A stretch of 63,270 bases of DNA, filler included, from Octopus bimaculoides (Eukaryota), in the NCBI RefSeq assembly GCF_001194135.2. It is 4 parts of 4 records of this genome, joined end to end, with 100 filler letters (N's around TTAATTAATTAA, not from the genome) between each part and the next. Parts side by side here need not be neighbours in the genome. Positions count along the whole stretch, not along the records: positions 22,682 to 52,306 come from NC_068983.1; 3 more parts are not named here. One strand, given 5' to 3'. Positions 36,431 through 49,790 of this stretch are shown here, piece after piece. The first letter of the stretch is position 1; each line of letters begins with the position of its first letter. The notes beneath the pieces are model-generated. The model worked only from the letters and a program-made list of their open reading frames with translations. It did no database searches and was not told the origin of the DNA. The position numbers and the translations under genes were made by a program.

Positions 36431-37839
36431 CTGTAACAAAAAGAAACATTTAGCACATTTAAATGCTTTCCAACTTTCTCTGTAGTGCAAATTCTTAATC
36501 TAAAAATATTTTATCATACTTTTTTTTTTTACATAAATGTAAACACACTTTCAAGAAATCAATAAATAATAACATCTTGCATTGAACAAAACACTAGCAT
36601 TTAGAAATGTAACAAATTACTGTCACCTATGTCTTACAAAGAAACATTACATCTTTCACCATCCCTGCTCCAACCCTAAACAGAAAAATAGATTCAAATT
36701 GGCAGCACATACAAAAATTCTTCCTCATGAACTTGAAGACTTTAAATGGCATATATATCATAGACACACTTGACAAAATGAAAGTGCCATTTAAATCATT
36801 TACTCATTATCCATCACTTCTCAAAGAACCAATGAGTACAGTGATCCAGAAGGATGAATGCACAAAACTCTTAGCTACAAGTTAAGGTAGAAAAAGTTCA
36901 AGGAGCTACTACTACTGGCAGCAAAAAGATTCTCTCATTCAGTGAAGAGCAGATTGTATGAAGTTTATACATTAAGAGTGATAGTGAATGACAGCAAAAC
37001 ACAAGTTTTGAACATGGGGAATGTTCCAAAGATAAAAAGAAATGAGGTAAGCACACTCAATATGCAATGTGAATATACATGAACAATGGAACACAACTGA
37101 GCTGAGAGAAAAACCTGGCTTAAGAGGAATCAACAGCAATGTACAAGCAAAGAGATTATAATGGTATGGACATGTGATGGTTATGAAGTATGACAGGTGA
37201 GAGAAGATATGCCAAGTGATCCAAATGAAAGGGATCAGAGGAAAACTGAGGAGGACAAAGAGTGAGGTGGTGAAGGCTGAACCTTGCAGAAGAACTGTCA
37301 AAAAACTGCAACAAGCAACTTGATACTCTCTCAAGACCTCTTCCAGCTACCCCCATACAAACCTTTCCTAATTCCCCATAATACTTTAAAATCTCAATGC
37401 CTTGCTTAAAGCATCCACCCACTTTCATATCCTCTTTCTCATTCAAGGGGACACTTCAGTCCTGCAAGTTAGTTTCAAGGTAATCTCATTAGTGCTGGTG
37501 CCATGAAAAAAGCACCCTGTACATTCTGTAAAGTGGTTGGCTTAGGAAGAGCATCCAGCTGTAGAAATCATGCCGAAACTGTGACACTGAAGCAAGATGT
37601 GATCCTCTAACTGGGATCTTCTCAAAACATCCAACTCATACCAGCAAAGAAAGCAAATGTAAAACAATGATGATTATTGCTTTCCTAAACAGATTGCCTA
37701 CACTGCAGCTTATGGAGTTCACATTTTCCTCATTTCATACATATATATATATAAGTATATATGTGGTTTGAAAGTAAGTGTGATGTTTTTATAATAGCAT
37801 GAATTTAGTGTTAAATAATTTGAAAGAGTATATATTTAC

Positions 37840-37991
37840 CCAGCTTCATCTGCAACCTGCATCATTAGTTGATCCACTTCATTTTGTGGTGCTGTTAAAG
37901 TTGATGTGTTGCTCATTGTACCTTCCATTACTTGAGACTGTACATCAAGGTTTTCAAATTCTTTCTCAAATCGATCCATTAATGTAGCAAC
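37840..37991 (-). CDS. CHMP1B: CHMP1B exon 5: VATLMDRFEKEFENLDVQSQVMEGTMSNTSTLTAPQNEVDQLMMQVADEA(G)
   Basis: Acceptor ctctcgcAG, 152 nt, donor GG|GTAAAT. Matches the CHMP1 MDxFExxFExLDVQ...EAG segment. Confidence 0.96.
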
Positions 37992-38605
37992 CTGCGAGAG
38001 TAAGCAAACCAAAAAAAAATCAAATTTTATCTACACACACAAACAAATACACATTATACACACACAAAATACACATACATGATAAATTAAATCTTGCAAT
38101 ATATACAAATTTTATCTCTAGCAAAATCTTGAACAGAAGAGAAGAAACCTTCATGTCATATTTCCATACAAAAAGACGCAAGGCTTTAAGCTTGTGTTCC
38201 TTAGCATAAAGACATAATTGAAAATGGCTACCAAGGTCACTGTATGATTTTATTTTTGCAAGACTAATCCTCTCTTTATCATGAATCTGCTTTCTCTTCT
38301 TTGGTATTCTTAGGAATACCTAATGAATGTGTGTGCCATGTATAACATACTTTAAAAATATTCTCGGTTAACCTGATGCATGTTTTTACTCTAAAATCTA
38401 TCAAGCTTTACATTTGCACTGTAATGATCATGTGCAACAACTGATTTCCTGTTAAATTTATCTTGCATATGCATTCATCAGATGAACTCCTTCCTTATAA
38501 ATATAGCTTCCATATTGGCACTGAGATTCAAAAACATTTTTTGTGTAACTATCCAATTTTCATAGATATTTTCAAACACACAAAACTCTGTAAACAATAA
38601 ATTAC

Positions 38606-38674
38606 CTTCTCCAAATTCATAGATTTCATAGCTGATTCCATAGATTTCACAACACCTCCCATAGACTGAGTGAC
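38606..38674 (-). CDS. CHMP1B: CHMP1B exon 4: VTQSMGGVVKSMESAMKSMNLEK
   Basis: Acceptor ccttccAG, 69 nt, phase 0/0, donor AAG|GTAATT. Confidence 0.96.
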
Positions 38675-40352
38675 CTGGAAGGAAAAAAGAAAACGACAAT
38701 ATAAGTTGATGGCAATTTCACATTTGAATGTGGTAGAAAAATAAAGCACATAGCAGGAACTGTTATATATATATTTTTAAATATAATAAATTCATTACAT
38801 TTATACAGACTGGATTACTTATGTGAAAGAACCTCATCAGTTATCTCTAATTTAGAGATTTTCAAAGATGGAATAAAAGTTAATGTTGATGCTTCTAATA
38901 TCTAATATCTAAACAACACAGAAATATGATACTTCATAATACAGTGAGTAATCAAGGAAAGATGCAAATCAATCAATAGTAGGTTATAATTGTAAGAAGG
39001 ATAATGTTATATTTTTAAATGGAAAGAGGGTAGTATTCAGTTATGCATCTACATATTCTGTGCTCAAAACTTGTTGAAGTTGAATTTGCCTTTTATCCCT
39101 CTGGGGTATATAAATAATCGCCAGCTTTTGTAGTTAAACAAACCTATTATCAAAGATGTTTTGATTTTGACTAATAACTCCATTTTCACAAATATTATTG
39201 TATCTAAGACTTCATTATCCAATGTGTCCTGCAATTTTTATAGTACAGTGTAATTTGAGGTAACTTTGGCTGCAATTTCTGGCAGAAAAATGTACTGTGT
39301 GATGCACAGCAGTCAATTCGTTTGATTACACTCCTCTCCACTACAAATCTGTAGACCTCTGCCTATGCTAGAAATCAGTAATTTTAGGTAGCAGTAAGGT
39401 GGCAAGAATGGGAAAGTGTAAAATAATCCTTTCTATAGGCACAATGCTTGAAACTTTGTGGGAGTTTTTTTTTATTAGTTAGTTAGTGACGAGACAGTAC
39501 CCATGATATTTCCAGGCCATCCCAGCAGTTCTAGGAAAAAATAATTGAGTGAAGTGTTTAGTGCAGGTCCAGGTCCTCCTGGTATAAGACAGAGTAAGAT
39601 TGACAGGAGAAATATAGACAGCTAAGTTGACAGTGGGTGGAAAGAGAACATAGTTAATGCATTCAGAGGAGCAAAAGCCACTATTGTAGCACTTAAAATA
39701 GCTAAGAGTGGAAATATTGTGCTGTTGAGGTTGTAACATGTTATTGTATAGGAGATTTTTGTAAGTCAATGAAATAAACTCTTTTTAGATGAGGTTCAAG
39801 ATGTTTAGATGCAGCAGCAGCCAACACTGTAATAGATAATTCAGGTAGATGGTCAGGTATTCAATGATGTATGCAAAAAACAGTTAAGAATCACTACCTA
39901 CTTGTATTATCTAAGTCCATGCAGTTGGCCAACTTGAGTTATTTCTCTTAGTTCACTTTTTGTACAAACACAAATTATACTAGCCAAAAATCTTTGTAAC
40001 TCTTTTCAAGTGTTTGCCTTGGTTGTCCAATGTTTTGAGATGGAATTTGGTAGATGGAAACTGTGCAAAAGTCCATCATATATCATCATCACCACCATCA
40101 TCAATTTAACATCCACTTTTCCATACTTACATGGGTCAAACAGAATTTGTTGAGTTAGATTTTCTATAGCTGGATGCCCTTCCTGTCACCAACCCATACT
40201 TGTTTCCAAGTAAGGTAATATTTCCCCAATGCCCAGACATGTTCTCACAGAATATCAGAAATGAATGACACAGGTTGTATGACAGTGGCAATCATTTTAG
40301 AACTATCATGCCATGTCAAGACAAAGAAACTCAAACATACACACACAGACAC

Positions 40353-40387
<35 letters not shown>

Positions 40388-40769
40388 TTCTTTTATATGT
40401 TTCAGCCTTGAGGCTGCAGCCATATATATATACAATGGGCTTCTTTCAATTTCTGATGATCAAATTCACTCTCAAGGCTTTGGTTGGTCCAGGGCTATAG
40501 TAGAAGACACTTGCCAAAGGTACCATGCAGTGGGACTGAACCCGGAGCCATGTGGATGGAAAACAAACAAGCAAATTTCTTACCATACAACTATGCCTGG
40601 CTCAAGGGCTGAGAGCTTCATGTATCAGCACTTATCAAAGTGATGTGTGAGAAGTGTTGAGTAGTGTCAATGCTCAAAACTCTCAGCCCTTAAGTCACTT
40701 TGTAACTTTTATCAATTAAATAAAAAAATACATACACTCATGTAGACTTCTATTTTCCTGTCTATATTA

Positions 40770-40807
<38 letters not shown>

Positions 40808-41258
40808 TTCAATGTCTGTTATTTCATGCTATCCTAAGTTGGACAGGGGTATATTTTTATTTGATGTGGTAGCATTTATCAATTTGATGCCCTTGCAGTC
40901 CCCAACCCCAAAATGCTCTTTTTTTTCTGTTTCAAATATGATTCCAATGTTCTTTGAAAGTATAGAGTGACTGGTCGTAATGTCAACAAGGATTGTAAAC
41001 ATCATGTCACCATTTCAGTCAGATAGTGACAAAGATACTTTTGTCGGATGGTGACAGACAACCAGTTGCTCTATACTTTTATAGACTAGTAGAAGTTAAC
41101 TTCATTCATACTGGACTTTCTATTGATATCAGAAACACTGCAAAAATATATTTCCTTGTAGAATGTTAAGTTGATCAAAGATATGAAAGTCAATAAAATA
41201 GCTGGCAGTAAAATAACAAAATACAGCAAATGAAAGAAAAAGAAAAAATTCTACAAAC

Positions 41259-41405
41259 CCTTTTGGTTGTTATTGCTGTTTGTACTCTAGCTGAAACTGC
41301 ATCTATCCGAGCACTCATTCTTCTGTAGTTCAAAGCTTGATTTTTCTCTCTGATAGCATTCTCAGCATGAATTTTTGCACCTTCAGAGTTCCCTTTCTGA
41401 ATTGC
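41259..41405 (-). CDS. CHMP1B: CHMP1B exon 3: AIQKGNSEGAKIHAENAIREKNQALNYRRMSARIDAVSARVQTAITTKR
   Basis: Acceptor ctgttttacAG, 147 nt, phase 0/0, donor AGG|GTTTGT. Contains the Snf7/ESCRT-III IHAENAIR motif. Absent from the ORF track. Confidence 0.96.
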
Positions 41406-44163
41406 CTGTAAAACAGTATTGGTTAAAATTTTACTCCAGTTATCCAGTGTAAATTCTATTTTGTGTGTATATGAAAGAATTCAATGTTGGTACAGTAAAG
41501 CATTAAGCATATACCAGTTTCTATTTAATTCAACCCATTTGATACTAACCCATCTGAGACTTCCTTTGTCTCCTATGATACAAACTTCCTGTTTTAAAGT
41601 TATCTACATTAAATTCTCTCATCAAAATTTTATGTCAGTTTATGTCCCATATACCACCTTAATAGGTTCAGTTATTTCGCAAAAATTCTTCATTATTTCC
41701 AAAATTAATTAAAACAAAAACAGTGTATTTCAACAGAAATATGGTAGCGAAATGGTTAAAACATCACACTCAAGTGGTTAGCTCTTTGTTCTTATCTGTT
41801 CTTCTGCTACCCATTGAGAGGAATTACAAAATGATTTGCTCTCTGGATCAGTGGTTCTCAAATGGTGTGCCATATGGAACATCTAGTTGCTACAGAGATT
41901 TTTAAAAACATGAATTAAGTCTTTAATAAATCCATATTAATGACTGGGTATTTCAGAAAATGTTACAAAATTATTCACAATATTAAATTCGAATTACGAC
42001 AAACGTAAACAAACAAACGAAGTTTGCTTTTAGAGGCGTTGAGATGTCTTAGAAAAGAAGTGATTGAGAATTTAAAATCACTTCTTTAACTTTCTTATTC
42101 ACAATATTTTTACACACAAGATGATTAATAAAGCAAAGTAGATAATAGTTTTCTATATGTTTTGTAAATTCTAACTATAAAAAAATTTTGTTTAATTTTA
42201 CAATAATTTTTATTTGATCTCCAGTGTGTGTGCCAGTGATTTTTTTTTTCTTATAGAACCTACAATGTGCTTCAAAGTCACAAATATTGAGAAGCACTGC
42301 TCCAAACAATACAAGCAATACCAGAGTATAAAGTTAAAATACAGTTGACAGTCCCTTATCCACCTAAACATTGACTTATCATCTATTGTAAATGAAATCC
42401 TGTAATAACATCCTACTAAATTGATCTGCAATACATCATCATCATGTAAACTTCCATTTTACAATGTGGACATGGTATGGATGGGCCTGCCATACAGTTT
42501 ATTATCTCTCCTTTCTCTCCTGAACCTTTATCATCTCAACCATGGGTCCAGAATCCTGAAATCTGACCTCGCCACCACAAAGGTACCTTCAACAGTCAGC
42601 TGGTAAGTAAAAATGAGCCAATCTTACTTCTGGATACTATTTTAATGGTTTTATGCAGTTAGTAATGATGTGACTGTTTTCAACTACAGTCAATCACCCA
42701 AACTGACGTCAGATAAACCCAAGCCAACGAAGAAGCCTTTACATGATCGTTCAACCTGCTGCAAAAAGTAGCCACATTTTCGAAAATTACACCCAACCAT
42801 TTTTGAGAAAAATAGGAAGAACACATCAGAGAATGTTACTCTTAAATACAAAGTTGAGACAGTCACGGTTAGAACATCTTTAATATAAGGTATAATCTGG
42901 GCTGACAGAGCAAAACAACTATAGGGGTTGCGTCCCTTTATATCAAGAGTTAACTTGGTCATTCAATTAAATTGAGATGGCAAAATAAATTCCAGACTAA
43001 AATATGTACTAAGGTTGATGTGATTAACTAAAACCCTAAGAGAAAAGCTCTAGAATCAATGCAGTCTAATGACTGAAACTTGTAAAAGAATCAAGAGTTA
43101 TGGTTATGAAAAAAACTATTTCTATATATCATCAAGATAGATATCACAACACCAAATGTTAATTGATATAGAAGAGGAAAGATGTAATTATTGTTTTAAG
43201 TATTCAAATTTGCTAAGCATTTGGTGGTGAAGTAAAAAAAAATGTGAAACACAAATGCCTCCAAAGCTCAAAGAGTGTATAAGGACTCAGTGTTTAACTC
43301 TAGTATAATGATGTTCAGTTGGTAAGTGATGCAAATACTTAACTACATGCATAGTCATACATGAACAAATATGTAACAGAAATCACATCCTTATTATCTA
43401 GGAAGTTATTTGAGATACTAGAGGCTAAGACAGTGTGTTAATAAAACCATTTAATTATTCTCAGACTATTAGCCCTTAAATACTTCAGCCTTCAATAGTC
43501 AGGGGAATTTACCCAGAAACAGTAGACTTGGATCCCATCACCAGTACTAAATTGTGCCTATGGCCAAGCAAATTTTCTTCTAAATAATTGTTATTTAACA
43601 ATTATTTGTTAAATATCCCCATCCCCAATCAAGCAGATCTATAATGAAAGGCATTCCAACTGTAACCATACCAACTTCTATATCTATGACCTCATTGGTT
43701 ATGTAATTTTATTTAAGATAGTGTTATTTAAAGGAGACTTAAGCACTATTTCTAACAGGTCAGATAACTCCTTGGGTCTACCTGTATAGTCTTCAGTTGC
43801 TCAATGTAGCAGCTGGATATCTATTCACAAATTCCTTGTTTTTAAAATAAGGACCACACATTTTAATTTCTAAACTATATGAAGACATGTCCAAAATGAG
43901 TTCAAGAGGGCTACAGCTGAAAATATCAAATTACTTCATTTAATAAACTAGCTCTTTATCATAAGTCTTCACAAGTAAAGCTGGACAGAGATAACCTACA
44001 ACAATAACACCAATACTTTATGTCCAGATTTTGAAGGTAAATAAAATTCACCAAAAGACAAACTTATCAATGAAGAAATATGAACAATTCTATAACAATA
44101 TTGCATCAGATAAAAGTCAGAGGCTTTCACTGACAAATAAACTTAATACCATTTCTTACTTAC

Positions 44164-44261
44164 TTTTTTTAACTTTAGTTTTTCTTCTTTTTCGGATTTT
44201 TCACTTTTCTTTGCTGACCTCTCCAAATTCTTGGCAGCAAATTTCAGGTTAAACAAATGCT
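44164..44261 (-). CDS. CHMP1B: CHMP1B exon 2: (K)HLFNLKFAAKNLERSAKKSEKSEKEEKLKLKK
   Basis: 98 nt, phase 1 to 0, donor AAA|GTAAGT. The acceptor is preceded by a U12 branch site. Confidence 0.95.
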
Positions 44262-45914
44262 CTTTCAAAATGTTAAGGAGTAATGAAGCAGAGTGTCTTT
44301 TTTTTTTTTTTTTTTTCATGCATATTGTGTATGGCAAGCAAATGAATGAATCAATCAATCAACATTAAAAAATGGAAACATTGTATCAAATGGCACTGTT
44401 ACTTTTTCTTTCTGCTCAATGTTATCAGGGTTTAAAAACCAAGCCCTTTCCTAATTTAATCATTATCTTCATCATCATTTAGCATCTATTTTTCATACTG
44501 GCACGGGTTAGACGGTTTCATTGAAACTGGTGAGCTGGAGAGCGGCACCAGGTTCCAATCTGATTTGGCATGGTTTCTATGGTTGAATGCCCTTCCTAAT
44601 GCCAACCATTCCAAGAGTGTAATGGATGCTTTTTACATGCCACCAGCACAGATGTCAGTTACATGACACCAGCGTCGGCCACAACTACAATTTCACTTGG
44701 CTGCACGAGTCTTCTCAAGCACAGCATATCATCAAAGGTCTGTGTCACAACAAAAAGAAAATGGAAACTACCAACCATATGATCTCTCTCAACAAAATTA
44801 ATCTTGTCGAACTGAGAGATCTCTTATGTGATTGCTTGACTTGCTAAAAATAGCAATCATATCTCCATCAAATCACACCCTACAGTATTCAAAAAGATAG
44901 AACACATTAGGTAATGTGGTCCCAGATGTGTAAAAAAGATGGTATGATCACAATTGGAATGCTTTTGATCATGGGCCTGAACTATTAGTGTTGATCTGGA
45001 CTTAAAGAACATATTAGTCTTATGCTTAATCAAATGATATCAATATAGATTTTGATATTATTCAGTCTGAATTCAGTATCATTTTCACTATCTACATTAC
45101 TGAAGTTTGGAAATCATAAATTTATTCATTGAATAAATGATTAGTGGGTGTAAAAATTCAGAATTCATCTTATTACATGTTTCTGCTGTTTATATTTATT
45201 CTATTCATTTTGACTTATATTACAGCATTCTATGAATACCTCAATGCAACCAGAAAAAAATCAAAATTCTAGACACAACCCAATAAGTGGTTTCAACATA
45301 GCCCCTTGACTTGCTAGAAATAATGTCAAAATGGCCCTCAAATTGCATTCTACTGTCTTATAAAAAGAACAGACACGTTGGATAATGTATTCTTAGATAC
45401 ATTATGACTGAAACAAAAGATATTTCAGGCTTATTGTGTCTCTAGTCAGGTTGAAGCTATTACAGTTGGTTATCACTAGTCAGCTTTACTTGTGAAGACC
45501 TTTTGCCATAGGCCTGTTCAATCAGGGTTAATATGTAGCTTAGCAATAACAATATTTTGGACAATGTTCAGACATATTACTTATCTGAGAATGTCAACAG
45601 TACATACACTATAATAAAGGATGAAGAACTAATTTGATTCTAACAGCGATTAAAAGAGTTACCTGCCTAGCATTCCTTTCTTAGTTGATGCCTGTTGATT
45701 GAAAATCAAGTCAATTGCTTGACCATTAATGATCAGAAGTATCTATCAAAAAGTGATCAGCTCTAGTGACTAATGAATGTTAAGTGAGACCAGTGGGCTA
45801 CAATTGTTTATTTTTAGCTACATCCACAGAAGGTGTTGTGCACTACAAGCTAACGAATCACTAGTTCAACTTTACAATGCTGCCACCACTTATCTTGGCT
45901 AGTTGCACCTACTA

Positions 45915-46805
45915 CAGGGTGTCCCAAAAGTCACTGATGGGTTTCAATTTTTAATAACTTCCTTAACTTTACAAATAAATGCATAAAATTTTGATACAAT
46001 ATAAAGGACATATTGAAAATTAATATGCACTAGTCAAATTTCGCAACACCACAATATCACAAATAAAAAATGCCATTGCTTAAATGGCAACCATTTTCGG
46101 CTTCACACACCCATGCACTTTCCAAAACTTGCACTTTCACACTCAAGAGTTTCAGACCCCACTTCTCTGATTTCTCTATTGATATTTTCCTTCAGTTGCA
46201 CCAAGGTCTCCAGTTTGTTGATGTAAACACTCTCTTTCAGATATCCACCCCCCCAAAAAATATCCAGGCTAGTCAAGTCTGGGGAATGTGAAGGCCAGTT
46301 GACATTGCCATAGCAGGTAATTATTCTCTCTCCAAAGTGCTGCCATAGCAACTACATTGTTTCTCCTGTGGTACGAACAGTTACCCTATCTTGTTGGAAC
46401 CATGCCTGAGGTCTACTTTGAATGGCCTTCACATTCTCCAGACTTGACTATCCTGGATTTTTTCTTCTGGGGATACCTGAAAGAGAGGGTTTACATCAAC
46501 AAACTGGAGACCCTGATGCAACTGAAGGAGAATATCAATAGAGAAATCAGAGAAGTGGGGTCTGAAACTCTTGAGTGTGTTATAGTGCAAGTTTTGGAAA
46601 GAGCATGGGCATGTGAAATCGAAAATGGCTACCATTTAAGCAATGTCATTTTTCATATGTGATATAGTGGTGTTGCAAAATTTGGCTTGTGCATATTAAT
46701 TTCCAATTATGCCCTTTATATTGTATCAAAATTTTATGCATTTATTTGTAAAGTTAAGGAAGTTATTAAAAATTGAAACCCATCAGTGACTTTTGGGACA
46801 CCCTG
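45915..46805. mobile_element. Palindromic Tc1/mariner-superfamily derivative: two 383-bp inverted arms, each holding the transposase 3' end and TIR; TA target duplication
   Basis: TA|CAGGGTGTCCCAAAAG...CTTTTGGGACACCCTG|TA. Arms are 45915-46297 and 46423-46805. Both translate as WPSHSPDLT..DFF.WGYLKE.VY. The spacer on minus gives QQDRVTVRT..HFGERII. Confidence 0.92.
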
Positions 46806-48663
46806 TATATGGTACTTATTTACAACTAAATGAAATGAGCCATTTGAAATTTGGTTTTGGTCACATTTATAATACAATGTCAGTGATAGGATATGAACAT
46901 TGTTGCCATTATTAAAATTACTATTGAACTTTACTATATGATTTTAGCCAGCACAGACTCCGATTTGGGTTTTAATTCCAAATTTATTCTTTAGCTATCT
47001 TGCATATGCACCAACAAATTTTCAGTTAGATTATGTTGTCCAAAAAATTATCGTTGGCACGTATTTAGACAGATACATGTTATAGGAGATATAAAACCAA
47101 AGACCTTTGGGAATCTTGGACTCGCCTTTGTAAAAAGTAGCAACAGCATAAAACCACTCAAGTGTGACTATAGAAACAGCAGTTCTATAGATTTAAGCGA
47201 TTTTTAAAACTCACCACTTAAGTCCATCTTTTTGAAGTAGACTATTTCTACTTCCAATTTTTTGACGAAAAAATGTGTTTATTTACAAAATACATTATGA
47301 CGTCATTAAAATCAATCTTTATAATAAGTCAACATATGACAGGTATTTATTTGTTATTTTATTATAATCCTTAACTGTAATGATTTTCAAAGCTCTGAGG
47401 TCTACATGCCACTTCTCAAATTGAGTTTGCTTTTTTTTATTATTATTTGTCTTTCTGTTACGTTTTCAATTGAGTAAAATAAACACACAAGGAATAATTT
47501 AATTTAGATATAAATACAATAGTGGCCTTATTAAATCAATGTTATCAATTTATTCAGAATAAAGTAATAAAGACAAACAACACTTTAACATATTATATAT
47601 TCGAAGTATTATACTATATAAATATTATATATTCGAAGTATTATTCCATAACAAGATTCTTTCGGCAATCTTATTAAAATTCTTAAGCAGCATTAAAAGT
47701 TCAACGATTTAGTAAGTTACTATTAATCTGAAATCAAATTTTATACTCCTGAAGTATAAACAGAAGTTCATGAATTTGTATAAGTTCTCTAATGCCGAGT
47801 GAAGAAGTGAAATTTGGCATTCCGGGCTTCACAACTACACAATTTTTTAAAGATTTTATTTCACACTGCGTACCCTTATAATTAACAAAATGATCTCGAA
47901 CTATTTGATTTCATTTGACTATATGTATTTAAAACTAGAAACTCGTCCTGTTAAAATTAAGTGTAAAAAATATTGGATATTCATTTCCATTTCAAGGGAA
48001 CCTTTAGGCACAATTCGCTGTAATTTTGCAGTCTGGTAGAAATAGCAGCCAAATTTTCCCCAAACTACAACTTACTGTCTCATAAAAGAAAAGCACATTA
48101 GATATTATAGTTTTATTCATACTATGCTTGAATAAAAGATGAGAGAATCAGATGCTAGAACACTTTTGATCATATTACACGATCATATGTCTATCGTGAA
48201 GTTAAACAACAACTCGTAGAACACTACCAGAACTAACAATGATTTTAAGTTTCACTTGGTTACAGGATAGAAAAAAATATTAACTGAGTCGAGTGTAGTA
48301 TAGAACTGGCATTTATATAAACGACCTTGGAATGATGAAAAGCAAAAAACTGAATCAGCCGATTCCCCTCATTTTGTCAAAACAAAAATTAAAAACTTAG
48401 ATAACTGGTCATGAGTAACATATTCAATTGCCACACCTTGATAATACAAATAGTGAAATGGCAATTTTCCCAGAAAGAATATTCGTATTTCGTCATCCTT
48501 GGAAAAAAAAATTTGGGGTCCGATTAAAACTATGAGAGAAAAGTTTGTTCGGTGCGAAATCTTGTCAAAAAAATAAAAATGGAAATAGAGAGAAAGAGAA
48601 AAAAAGAGAAGAGGCAAAACGAAAGAAATAGAAGTAGATGTTTTCGCTATTTCTTCGATTCAA

Positions 48664-48747
48664 ATAAAGTTTAAAATTTAGTAGCTCTATCATAAAGTTT
48701 AAAATTTAGTAGCTCTATCATAAAGTTTAAAATTTAGTAGCTCTATC
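48664..48747. repeat. Three tandem copies of a 28-bp unit (ATAAAGTTTAAAATTTAGTAGCTCTATC)
   Basis: Three identical units read directly. Confidence 0.9.
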
Positions 48748-49114
48748 ATTTATATATAGTAGCTCATTATAATTATTAACTTCTATAATTATTTAATGTT
48801 GATGTTCTTCCATAAATACGAAACATCAATGAAAAGTGAACTCGATGCGATTAAGATAATGTAAGCATTAAAAACAATAACAATAATAATAAATTAACAG
48901 TGACAAATTTCAAGCTAGAAGTAACAATAAATCTTTAACTAAAACTATACTAATTAAAGATATTAATTATCTAACTTACTTGATTAGAAGGAGTAAACAA
49001 ATACTGGTGAGACATTACATGTTTACAACTATCAGGTGCTTGTGTAAACAGAGTAAGACCCCAAACACAGACATGTCGGAAAGTCTGAGAACATAATCTC
49101 TAAGAAAAGGATAC

Positions 49115-49130
49115 TTTCCATGTTCGACAT
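49115..49130 (-). CDS. CHMP1B: CHMP1B coding exon 1 (16 nt): MSNME(K)
   Basis: ATGTCGAACATGGAAA|GTATCCTT. Spliced to exon 2 it gives MSNMEKHLFNLKFAAK, the CHMP1B N-terminus. Total CDS is 609 nt (202 aa plus stop). Confidence 0.93.
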
Positions 49131-49221
49131 CGTGAAAGGTAAAATATTATGGATCAAAAATAATATTTTCGAAGAGTATTAATGAACAACCTTTACTTCT
49201 TGACTAATCAACTCGAGTTAC

Positions 49222-49229
49222 TGACGTAA
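49222..49229. promoter_or_regulatory. CRE/ATF-like site TGACGTAA about 90 nt upstream of the CHMP1B ATG
   Basis: Motif match and position only; function untested. Confidence 0.2.
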
Positions 49230-49351
49230 TGGCAGAGCTAGAAAATTATTTTGAGCCACCCGCTTTCTGTCTTACACTGATGTGTGGGTGTGTGCTCACC
49301 TAAGTGTTTATACACACATACTAATCTATATGGGTGTGTGTGTGTGTGTGC

Positions 49352-49393
<42 letters not shown>

Positions 49394-49790
49394 NNNNNNN
49401 NNNNNNNNNNNNNNNNNNNNNNNNNNNNNNNNNNNNNNNNNNNNNNNNNNNNNNNNNNNNNNNNNNNNNNNNNNNNNNNNNNNNNNNNNNNNNNNNNNNN
49501 NNNNNNNNNNNNNNNNNNNNNNNNNNNNNNNNNNNNNNNNNNNNNNNNNNNNNNNNNNNNNNNNNNNNNNNNNNNNNNNNNNNNNNNNNNNNNNNNNNNN
49601 NNNNNNNNNNNNNNNNNNNNNNNNNNNNNNNNNNNNNNNNNNNNNNNNNNNNNNNNNNNNNNNNNNNNNNNNNNNNNNNNNNNNNNNNNNNNNNNNNNNN
49701 NNNNNNNNNNNNNNNNNNNNNNNNNNNNNNNNNNNNNNNNNNNNNNNNNNNNNNNNNNNNNNNNNNNNNNNNNNNNNNNNNNNNNNNNAG

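Larger units (their letters stand above)
44262..49114 (-). other. CHMP1B: U12-type (minor spliceosome) GT-AG intron, CHMP1B intron 1, 4853 nt
   Basis: 5' splice site GTATCCTTTT at 49114-49105. Branch site TCCTTAAC at 44279-44272, ending 10 nt before the 3' end (...ATTTTGAAAG). No polypyrimidine tract. Confidence 0.92.
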
